A stretch of DNA of 49,502 nt, taken from NCBI GenBank assembly GCA_032718475.1, contig JAUCBJ010005889.1:1-49502 (forward strand), in the 5' to 3' direction. This DNA comes from Nemertoderma westbladi (lineage: Eukaryota; Animalia; Xenacoelomorpha). The notes below the pieces were generated by a model, which had not been told where the DNA came from, did no database searches, and worked only from the letters and a program-made list of their open reading frames with translations. Made by a program: the position numbers and the translations under genes. Positions 1 through 11,064 of this stretch are shown here, piece after piece; position 1 is the first letter of the stretch, and each line of letters opens with the position of its first letter.

Positions 1-611
1 AATAGGAATTAATGTAAGGTTTACCTTAAATATTTGTGATAATATCTAAAATGATGTTGTTGTAGATATAGACAATTTTGGTGACCAGTAAACCTAAAAA
101 CAGTCATATTGACTTTGCGTGCTGTTCTTGTTTTATTATCGTTTTAGTTTTATTGATTGACGGTCGAGTATTTGTATAAGATAATATGCATTACTGTAGT
201 ATTATTTGTATAATGACCACTGGTCAAGGAGGGTTAAAGTGCTTGAAACATTTTAATTTGTAGTATTTACTTTAGAGGTAATATTGCTAAATCCTTTTTC
301 GATAGGTAAAAGCAATATAATGAACTCAACATTCCGATATTGGCCTTTTAATGTTCAATCAGTATTCCACACGACATCTTTGTGTCAACAAGAAATCAAA
401 GTCTATCCCACAGGATGCCACAGTTGCTATGGCTGGTATAGAGAGCACACCATCCTTGACATTACATAAATACTTAAGTTAACACGGTGACCTCTGGCAA
501 GTACGCCTTCATTTTGGTTACTAAATAATTGCAGTGGTAATTTATTGTCTATCACAAAATATTCACAAAGTTATTTCAAATCAGACCTACAGTATCTACC
601 TGAGTAGTACA

Positions 612-1787
612 ATGTACCAATCCGTATTAAGCGCACTAATTCTGTGCTCAGTAATCTGCAGCTCTGTAGCTTTGCACCGCATCCCGCTGTTCAAGGTTGA
701 GAGTATCCGACACCATTTACTGAGGAAAGGCGTCAACCCGTCTGCCTACGAGGATGCATTCAAAGGCCCCGAACCCCTCACTAACTACATGGACGCCCAG
801 TACTATGGACCCATCACCATAGGAACGCCGCCGCAGCCATTCAACGTGGTCTTTGATACCGGATCGTCCAATCTCTGGGTTCCAAGCAAGAAGTGTCCGA
901 TTACCGATATCGCCTGTCTGCTACATAACAAGTACGACAGCAGTAAATCGTCTACATACAGACCAGACGGTCGGACCATCGAAATCAAATACGGAACTGG
1001 AAGTATGAAAGGCTTTCTCAGTACCGACACGGTTGCCATAGCAGCAACAGTTGTAACCAATCAGACATTCGGAGAAGCAACGTCTGAACCAGGGATCACA
1101 TTCATTGCGGCGAAGTTTGACGGTCTTCTGGGAATGGGGTATCCGACAATAGCTGTAGACCAAGTAACGCCGGTGTTCCAGAACGCAGTAAAACAAAAGG
1201 CTGTGGATAAACCAGTGTTCTCATTCTATCTGAACCGAAAACCAAACGCAAAACCGGGAGGAGAATTAATGTTAGGAGGCACCGACCCCAAGTACTACAC
1301 AGGGGACTTCCATTACGTGAATGTGACGAGGCAAGCCTACTGGCAGTTTAAGATGGATGGAGTTAAGGTTGGCCTTGTCGCGAAATATTGTCAAGGGGGA
1401 TGTAATGCGATAGCCGACACGGGTACCAGTCTCATAGCCGGTCCCAAGGATGAGGTCAACGCTTTGAATAAAGCTATTGGGGCGAAACCTCTCATAGGTG
1501 GAGAATACACTGTGGATTGTTCAAAAATCCCCAGTCTACCAGTGATCACATTCCAGATCGCTGGTTCAATGTTCAACCTGACAGGGGAAGACTACGTCTT
1601 GCAGGTGAGCGAGATGGGGCAGACTATCTGTCTGTCTGGGTTTATCGGAATGGACATTCCCCCACCCATGGGGCCACTCTGGATCTTGGGTGACGTGTTT
1701 CTGGGAAAGTATTACACAGTCTTCGATCTCGGTAACAATCGTGTTGGATTTGCTGATGCAAAGAACGGCGTTACCATCGACTTATAA
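612..1787 (+). CDS. CTSD: Cathepsin D-like lysosomal aspartic protease, single coding exon (391 aa)
   Basis: ATG at 612 (the track's start at 534 is GTG) begins a hydrophobic signal peptide [20 protein letters not shown]. Both catalytic motifs are present ([17 protein letters not shown]), plus [11 protein letters not shown] and the cathepsin D-type proline loop [14 protein letters not shown]. The ORF is uninterrupted. Confidence 0.93.
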   Translation: MYQSVLSALILCSVICSSVALHRIPLFKVESIRHHLLRKGVNPSAYEDAFKGPEPLTNYMDAQYYGPITIGTPPQPFNVVFDTGSSNLWVPSKKCPITDIACLLHNKYDSSKSSTYRPDGRTIEIKYGTGSMKGFLSTDTVAIAATVVTNQTFGEATSEPGITFIAAKFDGLLGMGYPTIAVDQVTPVFQNAVKQKAVDKPVFSFYLNRKPNAKPGGELMLGGTDPKYYTGDFHYVNVTRQAYWQFKMDGVKVGLVAKYCQGGCNAIADTGTSLIAGPKDEVNALNKAIGAKPLIGGEYTVDCSKIPSLPVITFQIAGSMFNLTGEDYVLQVSEMGQTICLSGFIGMDIPPPMGPLWILGDVFLGKYYTVFDLGNNRVGFADAKNGVTIDL

Positions 1788-2813
1788 ATTGACAACATTT
1801 TGTGGCGGATTATTGAATGTAATTTAAGACTTTTAATTAACACCCCACTGAAACATAATGCCACATATTTATCTTTAACACAAAATATAATAGGGATACG
1901 ATGTGAATAATAATAATATTGTGAATTATATTACTACGTATATATATACTATTTTATGTATTATATTATTATCATATAATCAGTTACAAATCATACAATC
2001 AATGATTTACACGACATCATGAAAATAACAGTTTTCTCTCGAGTAATTAATATTATAGTGGATACTGGATAGGGCATCTTTAAAACACGTATTGATAAAC
2101 TAAATATCATATGAAAAAGTTATTTTCTCCGTTAGTTTCAATAACGGCCACTTATGTTGTACATTATATTCTCATACTTTATGTCACTCACGAAACCTTA
2201 TATGACGCTCAATCATCTCTATACTCAAAATTCTAAGATGGTGCGACTGACAGCGAATTATTGGTAATTGATGAAGAAGACACTTTTTCAAACGTAGTAG
2301 TAAAAGTTGGAAGGTGAAAATAGTGATTCTCACTCACTCATTGGAAAATAGAGAGATTAAAGGCGGGTGGGGGGGTCTACTGTCTATGTCACTAAATTAA
2401 GTCATTATTCCCCAGATAATGGTGTAGGCATGTATAGGGAGTGTACCGGTATCTGCTTGGAAAGTGATAGCGTATATGATATAGCGTATTGTCGTATAAG
2501 ATAGATAATGGAAATGGGATACACTGAATCTTGAGACTGAATTCGTCTCTCACTGTGTCTAAATTATTTTAATATTAATTTGTTCAGAAGTGGAAAATGA
2601 AGAAGTACGTCACCAGGGGTTGAACCAGCCACTGTACCGTTTCTACCTATTAGGCCTCTTCAGTAGCGCTAAATAGTTCAGACACCCCCCCCCCCCCCTC
2701 CCCTAACGCCCTTCCTTAATTTTCACTTCCGAAGAAAATCCTATTAAAATAGTACAGTTTTTAGCATTATCAGCTCAACCCCGACTCGTTTAATTTATTT
2801 CTGAACTTTTCAG

Positions 2814-2994
2814 GCAGGAAGGTGAGAGATTTATTTGATTGGATAATTGGTACCAGCACCGGAGCCTTCCTGGCCTTAGGGATTGTTTACAGTACGGATT
2901 GTTTACAGTTCCAGAATCTCTACTTTAACTTGAAGGATTCAGTTTTCCAAGGGAACCGTCCATACGATCCCAAGCCGTTACAGGATATAATTAA
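2814..2994 (+). CDS. PLA2G6: iPLA2-beta/PLA2G6-like phospholipase, internal exon with the catalytic serine motif GTSTG
   Basis: Acceptor ttttcag| and donor |gtgagt. Translates RKVRDLFDWIIGTSTGAFLALGIVYSTDCLQFQNLYFNLKDSVFQGNRPYDPKPLQDII(K), collinear with the iPLA2-beta segment DLFDWVAGTSTGGILAL...VFRGSRPY. Ends in phase 2. Not in the ORF track. Confidence 0.9.
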
Positions 2995-3607
2995 GTGAGT
3001 GAAACTTATATGGTACAATAGTGAGCCGAAGAGGTCTGCAGTCAATTGTCTAATATTAAACTTTTCCCGTAATTCACTTAAAAAACAATATCATTTTAAA
3101 TTATTTTGACATAACATACAACTTTACATTTATTTAAGGTGGGACCTCCTACTTGGGTAAAGAGGTCACATTTTTGTTTCATCTGAAGCAGAATTTAATA
3201 AGGATTTCAAATCTTTTAACGGCTTAACAACGTCTATTTTAGTTCTCGAGTTATCGCTGCCTATCAAAAGTCCGTCAAAATGTAAAAAGAAAGAAAGACA
3301 GACAGATCGACAGCCAAGATTCCACCTAACATTTTAAACACTGACGTCGGAAATTAAATCACAGACTAAGAAAACTTCCGTAATGAAATTTTAGCACGGT
3401 GGTCTGCAGCCTTACTACCAGAACTGCAGAACTGATTAACAGACCCCAGACAGACAGTATTGAGCGGGAAATTTCAAACTGTGAAGATATTTATACATTT
3501 ATTATAGGAAGGGATAAATGTATAATAATAATCACCACGAAAAACACAGCTTGCCAATACATTGATGCTATCAAGATAATTATGTAGGAATGACATTTTT
3601 GAAACTA

Positions 3608-5280
3608 CAAATAAATATACATTGTGTGTACTGTGTACACAATAAATAGGCATTGTGTGTACTGTGTACACAATAAATATAGGCATTGTGTGTACTGTGT
3701 ACACAATAAATAGGCATTGTGTGTACTGTGTACACAATAAATAGGCATTGTGTGTACTGTGTACACAATAAATATAGGCATTGTGTGTACTGTGTACACA
3801 ATAAATAGGCATTGTGTGTACTGTGTACACAATAAATAGGCATTGTGTGAACTGTGTACACAATAAATAGGCATTGTGTGCACTGTGTACACAATAAATA
3901 GGCATTGTGTGTACTGTGTACACAATAAATAGGCATTGTGTGTACTGTGTACACAATAAATAGGCATTGTGTGTACTGTGTACACAATAAATAGGCATTG
4001 TGTGTACTGTGTACACAATAAATAGGCATTGTGTGTACTGTGTACACAATAAATAGGCATTGTGTGTACTGTGTACACAATAAATAGGCATTGTGTGTAC
4101 TGTGTACACAATAAATAGGCATTGTGTGTACTGTGTACACAATAAATAGGCATTGTGTGTACTGTGTACACAATAAATAGGCATTGTGTGTACTGTGTAC
4201 ACAATAAATATAGGCATTGTTGTGTGTACTGTGTACACAATAAATAGGCATTGTGTGTACTGTGTACACAATAAATAGGCATTGTGTGTACTGTGTACAC
4301 AATAAATAGGCATTGTGTGTACTGTGTACACAATAAATAGGCATTGTGTGTACTGTGTACACAATAAATAGGCATTGTGTGTACTGTGTACACAATAAAT
4401 AGGCATTGTGTGTACTGTGTACACAATAAATAGGCATTGTGTGTACTGTGTACACAATAAATAGGCATTGTGTGTACTGTGTACACAATAAATAGGCATT
4501 GTGTGTACTGTGTACACAATAAATAGGCATTGTGTGTACTGTGTACACAATAAATAGGCATTGTGTGTACTGTGTACACAATAAATATAGGCATTGTGTG
4601 TACTGTGTACACAATAAATAGGCATTGTGTGTACTGTGCACACAATAGATACGCATTGTGTGTACTGTGTACACAATAAATATAGGCATTGTGTGTACTG
4701 TATACACAATAAATATAGGCATTGTGTGTACTGTGTACACAATAAATAGGCATTGTGTGTACTGTGTACTCAATAAATAGGCATTGTGTGTACTGTGTAC
4801 ACAATAAATAGGCATTGTGTGTACTGTGTACACAATAAATAGGCATTGTGTGTACTGTGTACACAATAAATAGGCATTGTGTGTACACAATAAATAGGCA
4901 TTGTGTGTACTGTGTACACAATAAATAGGCATTGTGTGTACTGTGTACACAATAAATAGGCATTGTGTGTACTGTGTACACAATAAATAGGCATTGTGTG
5001 TACTGTGTACACAATAAATATAGGCATTGTGTGTACTGTGTACACAATAAATAGGCATTGTGTGTACTCTGTACACAATAAATAGGCATTGTGTGTACTG
5101 TGTACACAATAAATAGGCATTGTGTGTACTGTGTACACAATAAATAGGCATTGTGTGTACTGTGTACACAATAAATAGGCATTGTGTGTACTGTGTACAC
5201 AATAAATAGGCATTGTGTGTACTGTGTACACAATAAATAGGCTTTGTGTGTACTGTGTACACAATAAATATAGGCATTGT
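3608..5280. repeat. 31-bp minisatellite (GGCATTGTGTGTACTGTGTACACAATAAATA)n, about 53 copies
   Basis: Directly visible tandem array. Variants include 33-bp units (extra TA) and one deleted unit near 4875. It explains the 31-aa periodic minus-strand ORFs. Confidence 0.97.
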
Positions 5281-5890
5281 AGTTGTTGCCGGATGGTAAT
5301 ATAAATAAATAAAGTGGGGTTGAGCTGTGAAAAGAACTGTAATAAGTATGAATGTTGAAAGCCGTGGTTCGAACCAAGGTTCAATACATTTTCTTAATGG
5401 AACAAGATACGGACTTTAAACGGTAACAGGTAGTGCGCATATCACATCATGAGTAATGTTGGTTCAAAAAATATTGTTGTTTTGGTTTACAGTTCTGGCT
5501 CAAGTAGCTTAATTTAATTAGCTTAAAACATAAACCAGTTTGACCTGTAAATAAACCATGAAAAACTAAAAATTATCGAAATCGATAGCTGCATTAAAAT
5601 AATAAGTTAATAATAACCGTTTTAACTTCGAAATATCTCGAGTAACATCAGAATTCGATTCACCGTTACAGGGTCATTACAATTATCTCCACAATCCGAC
5701 CCCCACAAACTCACTATATTTGATTATTGTTGTTATACCAATAAGTTAAATTTCTGCGAGCACCTCAGAAACTGAAAGAAGTTGGACTAAACGATGCAAC
5801 ATTGAAATTATTATTCAAACAAACTTTTGTATACCAGTATAGGGTAAAAAGCTATGCTGGAGTTTATGGAAGAAATCTTAAAGTATATAA

Positions 5891-7705
5891 CTAAAACATT
5901 TTGCGACAACCTCTAGGAGGAGGTGACGGTGATTTGGTAAGGAAGTCGGGTTTATCGTAACATCTGTTGCGTTTTCTTCGCAACTTCTTCCTCAACACCA
6001 TCAACCTGAGTAGGGCGAGGTCGTCGTCCGATGCGCTAGAACTGGCGGTGGCTTCGCGAGGGGGTTCAGCTACAGCGTGTTGGCTAGCAGACCCCACGGT
6101 ATCCATGCCGACTATCTCCTGCAGGTAGTCCAGCTGTGGGTCCGTGGGAACAGACGGATGGCCCCATCGGTTGTAGCCGTGGTTGAAGTGACTCATTGTG
6201 TTATTGGGGAGGATGTTGGAGAAGTTGTACTGGGGGGTGTCGCTGGCTCGGGTAGTCGGGAAGGTGGTTGGGTTGTAGTGGGAGGTGGAGGGTGCAGTGT
6301 GGGAGTAGGGACGTAGTGGTTGTGAGTAGGGAGGCACTGTGTGGGAGTAGGGAGGTACTGCTTGGGAGTAAGGGGGTGCTGGAAGGAATGATATTGCTTC
6401 CCACGTCCCTAATTCGTAGTTCCAATGGAACTGTTGAGTAATGCCGGATTGGTGAGGAACTGCGGATTGGTGAGGAACTGCGGATTGGTGTGGAACACCG
6501 GATTGGTGTGGAACACCGGATTGGTGTGGAACACCGGATTGATGTGGAACACCGGATTGGTGTGGAACACTAGATTGGTGTGGAACACCGGATTGGTGTG
6601 GAACACCGGATTGGTGTGGAACACCGGATTGGTGTGGAACACCGGATTGGTGTGGAACACCGGATTTCTGTGGAACACCGGATTGGAGGGGAATTCCGGG
6701 GTGATGGAGAGCGTTGGGTTGTGGCGGGTGGATGGACGCAGTTTGTCCGCCCCCTATGTCTGTGTGGTAGAAGTTGGTTATCCCGGAGTTACTGAACCCA
6801 GTGTGTGGGTGGTTAGTCTGGGGCAATCTCTCCGATGTCTGGTTGACCTCTGGAACCTCTGTCTGACTGTTTACCCCCCTCCCATGTGGCGCGGACTCTC
6901 TCCCAGGTGGCGCGGACCCACTTCCATGTGGCGCGGAACCACTCCCATGTGGCGCGGACTCTCTCCTCGCTGTTACACTCGTTATCCCCTTGCTGGCACT
7001 CAACCTAGCTGTGGCTGGAGTCCTCACGGAGGCTAGCGGGGTGGAGGAGACCAAATGGGCCCTCTTGGCTCCGCTCGTTTCCGCTATGCCTCGGATCTTG
7101 GTGAGGGCCTCTTCGGACCAGTCCCGTTGCTTCGGGAACAGACGGACCCCTTGCAGACCTTCCAACACGGTTTGGGACACCTCCGCTATGTTCGGCGACT
7201 CTGGGAGGGTGTCTGTCTCCGGTGTCACGCATCTAAGGGACTCCGTCTCCGACGAAATGTTAAAATTCGCCGGCATTAATGCGGACTTCAACCGGTATTC
7301 GGTTAACGGTGATAGCGGAGTGGCGCTTCGAGTTCTAGAATTCTCCTTATTGTGTTTCGGCGTAGATGTACCGCCATCGCCACGTCCCCTAGTCCGTTTG
7401 TAATTGGATGGGCCAGCATCCCCCGAGCCCACCTTGTGTTTGAATTCCCCCACCCGAATTATTCGCCGAATCTCTTCGCTAATTCCACGACATCCCGTCT
7501 CAGATATTTTACTTTTTCCGAACATCCCATATCCGTGGCTGATCCGTTTAGACGAACAGACTTCTGGTGAGAGTTTCTCTTTCTCTAGGCCGACCGGGAT
7601 TCGTTGTTTCTTTTTAGTTTCCCTAGAAACGGCAAATGCGCCGGTTCTTTTATGTTTAGATTCCATTTCGGTGTTTCTCGTTTTGATAACTTTCTTACGA
7701 TCCAT
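5891..7705 (-). CDS. Orphan 604-aa low-complexity protein with basic termini and (PHQSGV)n repeats
   Basis: ATG-initiated 1.8-kb ORF, more GC-rich than its flanks. Most of its length is non-repetitive, and its internal repeats (18 and 21 bp) preserve frame. No family recognised. Confidence 0.5.
   Translation of the reverse strand: MDRKKVIKTRNTEMESKHKRTGAFAVSRETKKKQRIPVGLEKEKLSPEVCSSKRISHGYGMFGKSKISETGCRGISEEIRRIIRVGEFKHKVGSGDAGPSNYKRTRGRGDGGTSTPKHNKENSRTRSATPLSPLTEYRLKSALMPANFNISSETESLRCVTPETDTLPESPNIAEVSQTVLEGLQGVRLFPKQRDWSEEALTKIRGIAETSGAKRAHLVSSTPLASVRTPATARLSASKGITSVTARRESAPHGSGSAPHGSGSAPPGRESAPHGRGVNSQTEVPEVNQTSERLPQTNHPHTGFSNSGITNFYHTDIGGGQTASIHPPQPNALHHPGIPLQSGVPQKSGVPHQSGVPHQSGVPHQSGVPHQSGVPHQSSVPHQSGVPHQSGVPHQSGVPHQSGVPHQSAVPHQSAVPHQSGITQQFHWNYELGTWEAISFLPAPPYSQAVPPYSHTVPPYSQPLRPYSHTAPSTSHYNPTTFPTTRASDTPQYNFSNILPNNTMSHFNHGYNRWGHPSVPTDPQLDYLQEIVGMDTVGSASQHAVAEPPREATASSSASDDDLALLRLMVLRKKLRRKRNRCYDKPDFLTKSPSPPPRGCRKMF
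6447..6686. repeat. 18-bp tandem repeat (GGATTGGTGTGGAACACC)n, about 13 copies, inside the orphan ORF
   Basis: Visible array encoding PHQSGV on the minus strand. Confidence 0.9.
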
Positions 7706-9639
7706 TATTATTCGACTATCCGGTATATAACTTACAAGTTAAACAACCTCAAATTAATTTTCTGGAGTAAAATGTCCAACGACTTTGTACCACATTTTAG
7801 ATACAAAACTGAAAGTAAGTCTCAAAACATTTCTGCCCAAAGGCATATCGGTAAGCGAGTGTGCTGTGCAGCTAAAGTTATGTTATTGGAACTTCGCCGA
7901 CACGAAATCAATGAACCTTAGCATAGAGTTTTACTATACCAGCTCGGTAATTTGGCATTGTTGTACGCCAAAGTGTGAACACTCAGGTAAACTTCAACCG
8001 TGTTTGTGAAGCCCCACTCCACTACGCACTGCACATTACACGTAACCAATTGCTAATTATCATCAAATTAGAATTGTTGCGTTGAGCCATACAGACAGAC
8101 AAAGGAATTACGTAATACAGTATTCCGATTTGGCCGTAGAGTATAAACTACATCCGATAAGGGCTTCCCCACAAACGCAGGGCCTTTAAGGGACTGAACC
8201 ACATTATTTTTTGGAGAAGATATTTTTTGGTGAATTCTTGGATTATGCCAAAGACGTAGTGATTAAATTTTACACTGCAAATTAACTTTGTATAGGTCTA
8301 CAAAACCAATAAGAATTTACAGTAGATTCATTCGTGGTGTTCCAGAACATTTTTTACTCACAATTGTTTGAACGGTTCCAATCTAAGTTTTGGCGATATT
8401 TACAGTACCCTGTACTTACTGTATGCTATGTGCCATCTTAGCGATGATGCCTAATGAAGATTCGTAACTTGTAGGATAGGCCTAAACCAACTTACCGGTA
8501 GTCTTAAAAATGAAATAATGAATTAAATTACATACTGCGAGCTGGTATATCATTTTATTGATCTCAATTTTATATTGCTTCCACAAATGGAGCACCTAGC
8601 TAGACCAAGCAATTGAACTTCACTTCAAATAATCTCCATTCTCCAGCAGAAACGTTGGTAAGGGGTTAAAAATGGAAAGGGGTAAAATAGGAAAGCGTAC
8701 CAGCAATCATGATGTACAGTAGGTTCTTAAATGAACCGTATCTAATTTGCAAGCAGTCAAATTCCGAAATCCCATCCCGGTATAGCATCGGACTGGTGGT
8801 AGGTAAAGCATAACTACAGTAACGGATTAAACTTTTCCACGTATGTGCGTACGTATCCACGTATCTACAGTATACATTACATTGAGCGATTTGACATACG
8901 CGTATGCATACGCGTTGGCGAATACTGTGTTCTGATTGGTCCAGATGATATCAAGGACTTCTAGAACATAGTATATATTCAGGACGCGATGCTCGCATTA
9001 ATTTTATTAGAGGCCGGTTTTTTTCTATTCAGTGTAGCCCTAATTTTTTTAATTTACAGAAGCATACTTTTCAATTTCTTTTCATTGTTTTTAATGTGAG
9101 ACTGTATTATGTATTGCTAACAACCTAAGGTACATTCTTTTAATGTAAATATTTTACGAAAATTTGCTAGCGATAATTTATTAGTATATACAAAATAACT
9201 GTTGAAAGATATTCGAAATAACCCTTGTAATAAGTTGTGTGAAATAACTGACTGTATCTACTACTGAAACCGAACTCCTAATATATTATACGAGTCACAA
9301 TAATTTTTCTTTTCGAAATATGTATAATCTGCACGGAGGAAGTTTTAATATGTTTATCCCAGAGTACAGTTAGACTTATTGTTGTTTACTGGAAATGTAC
9401 TGTTTATTTACTGAAAATAAACAATCTCTAAGTTCTGAAACATCAATGGACAGTTGTTCCTTGAAAGTGATATATCCGCATGCATAGTAGTAGTGGAACG
9501 GTTATACGGCCCGTCCAGCCTATACTTAATTCAATATACCCCTGTACTGTAATATATATACAGTAGGTGCTCAAAATCAATTTCTCTCGATACAAGGTTT
9601 TCAACAGACGAATATCCATTAATAAAATAGAAGGAAAAA

Positions 9640-10730
9640 TAGACATTATTAATTTCTATAAACTGTTATTCAAATAGCTTCAATAAAGCTGAAATATAAT
9701 TGCATAAGCTCTTTAGGTCCTTAACCTGAAACAAATTTATCATGCTTGAAAAATCTAGGGATGGGTTGGGTAGTTATGTCGGAAACTTTCAGACATCGGA
9801 AAGGTGATCAAGACGTGCTGTTCCTTTTGGATCGATGTATTGTCACATGCGCATACTCTTTGATCAGCTGGTATACGGCTCCAACGACTAGTTTCAACTT
9901 TCGGTTTGTGGGCCATTAACCGTAGCCGGGACATGCTAACCCTTAGATAATCTGGAATGGACGCTTTAAGGCAGCTGTATACGGGATGGACCGATAGATC
10001 TGGAATTATTGGAGTACGGTATGTCACTAACTTTGTCGCTGTAGACGGTTTATTTAGAATTCGTTTGCAAACGACTTCAAAAGGATCAGAGTAGTTATAC
10101 TCAATCAGCTAATAAACGGAAACCAGGAGTGTTTGCTGTTCGACACATTTGTAAGTTCTGGTATAGGGGAATATCAGGATCGCTAATTTTAGGATATTCT
10201 TCATGTAACGTTTCCTGGCTGCGAGGATCTAATTTTTAAATGGTGGAATACCAGCCTCAACGAGGCAGACATCTGTTGGCGTCTGGCAACGTACCGAAAG
10301 AAGGGTTTTCACAAGTCTTGTATAGTTCTTTTCCATTATTTTTATATTATCAACCAGCCAGGCTTCAGATCCATAAAGAGTTTAAGCAATCACACATGAA
10401 TCAAACACTTGTCTCTTTAACGCAAAAGGTATGGAAGTGTTCTTCGAACAGAATATATTGAACATGAACTTGTTCACCGTCCGTTCGCATAGGGCCTCAT
10501 GTATTTTTAGAACACTTTTCATTTTACCATCTGCAGTGAATAGAGAACCGATGTATGTATAATGTTCACAATGATTGATAGTAACATAACGGAGAATAAA
10601 TGGCTGTTTACCCTCGCCATTGCCATTAATGGTAAAGAATTTGCTTTTCTTTACATTGATGACCATGCCAAAAATATCACAAAAATTCACTAATGCTTGG
10701 ATAGTTTAAATATACAATTATTTCTCAATG
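9640..10730 (-). mobile_element. 3' fragment of an L2/CR1-group non-LTR retrotransposon, nested in the P-like element
   Basis: Frameshifted pieces FCDIFGMVINVKKSKF...YTYIGSLFT (RT C-terminal region) and SRLRLMAHKPKVETSRW...RVCAC...EQHVL (typical LINE ORF2 C-terminal motif). Confidence 0.7.
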
Positions 10731-10739
10731 TCGAAATCG

Positions 10740-11064
10740 GCATACATCAAAGCGCTTTGCTCTGTGTCACTAATGCTGTGTTCTTCATTTTCAAGGACGT
10801 AGTCAATATCTTCCAGTTCACCTCAAGTTAATTCGCTTGTGCATCATTGGTTCTTATCGTTACTACTAGGTTCGATGTCAAAACTGTGATAAATCTTAAT
10901 TCGTCGCAATCTCTTGAGTACATCACCTGTTCTAGAGAGATGTTATAATTTACGCCACTCATTTGCATGTATACTCCAAACTCTCCTTCGATCGGATCAG
11001 ACTGTAGTAAGCCTAGCAAGACATAATTATATCCATTGACTCTTAAGAAAAAAAGTAGCCACAA
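10740..11064 (-). pseudogene. P-element/THAP9-like transposase C-terminal remnant
   Basis: YVLLGLLQSDPIEGEFGVYMQMSGVNYNISLEQV resembles the QxDxxExxFxxxRxxxGxN motif around the third catalytic acid of P transposases. Frameshifted afterwards. Confidence 0.65.

Noticed and set aside
534-611. N-terminal extension of cathepsin D in the ORF track
   Set aside because: It starts at GTG; the ATG at 612 directly precedes the signal peptide.
2879-2910. 14-nt direct repeat (GGATTGTTTACAGT) inside the GTSTG exon, suggesting pseudogenisation
   Set aside because: The frame and the segment length match iPLA2-beta, so there is no evidence of disruption.
3608-5280. CRISPR-like appearance (about 30-bp partly palindromic repeat)
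   Set aside because: The repeats are head-to-tail with no unique spacers, there are no cas genes, and the context is eukaryotic.
3474-5384. Long minus-strand ORFs of 204-590 aa
   Set aside because: They are translations of the 31-bp satellite, which lacks stops on that strand; all frames give the same periodic peptide.
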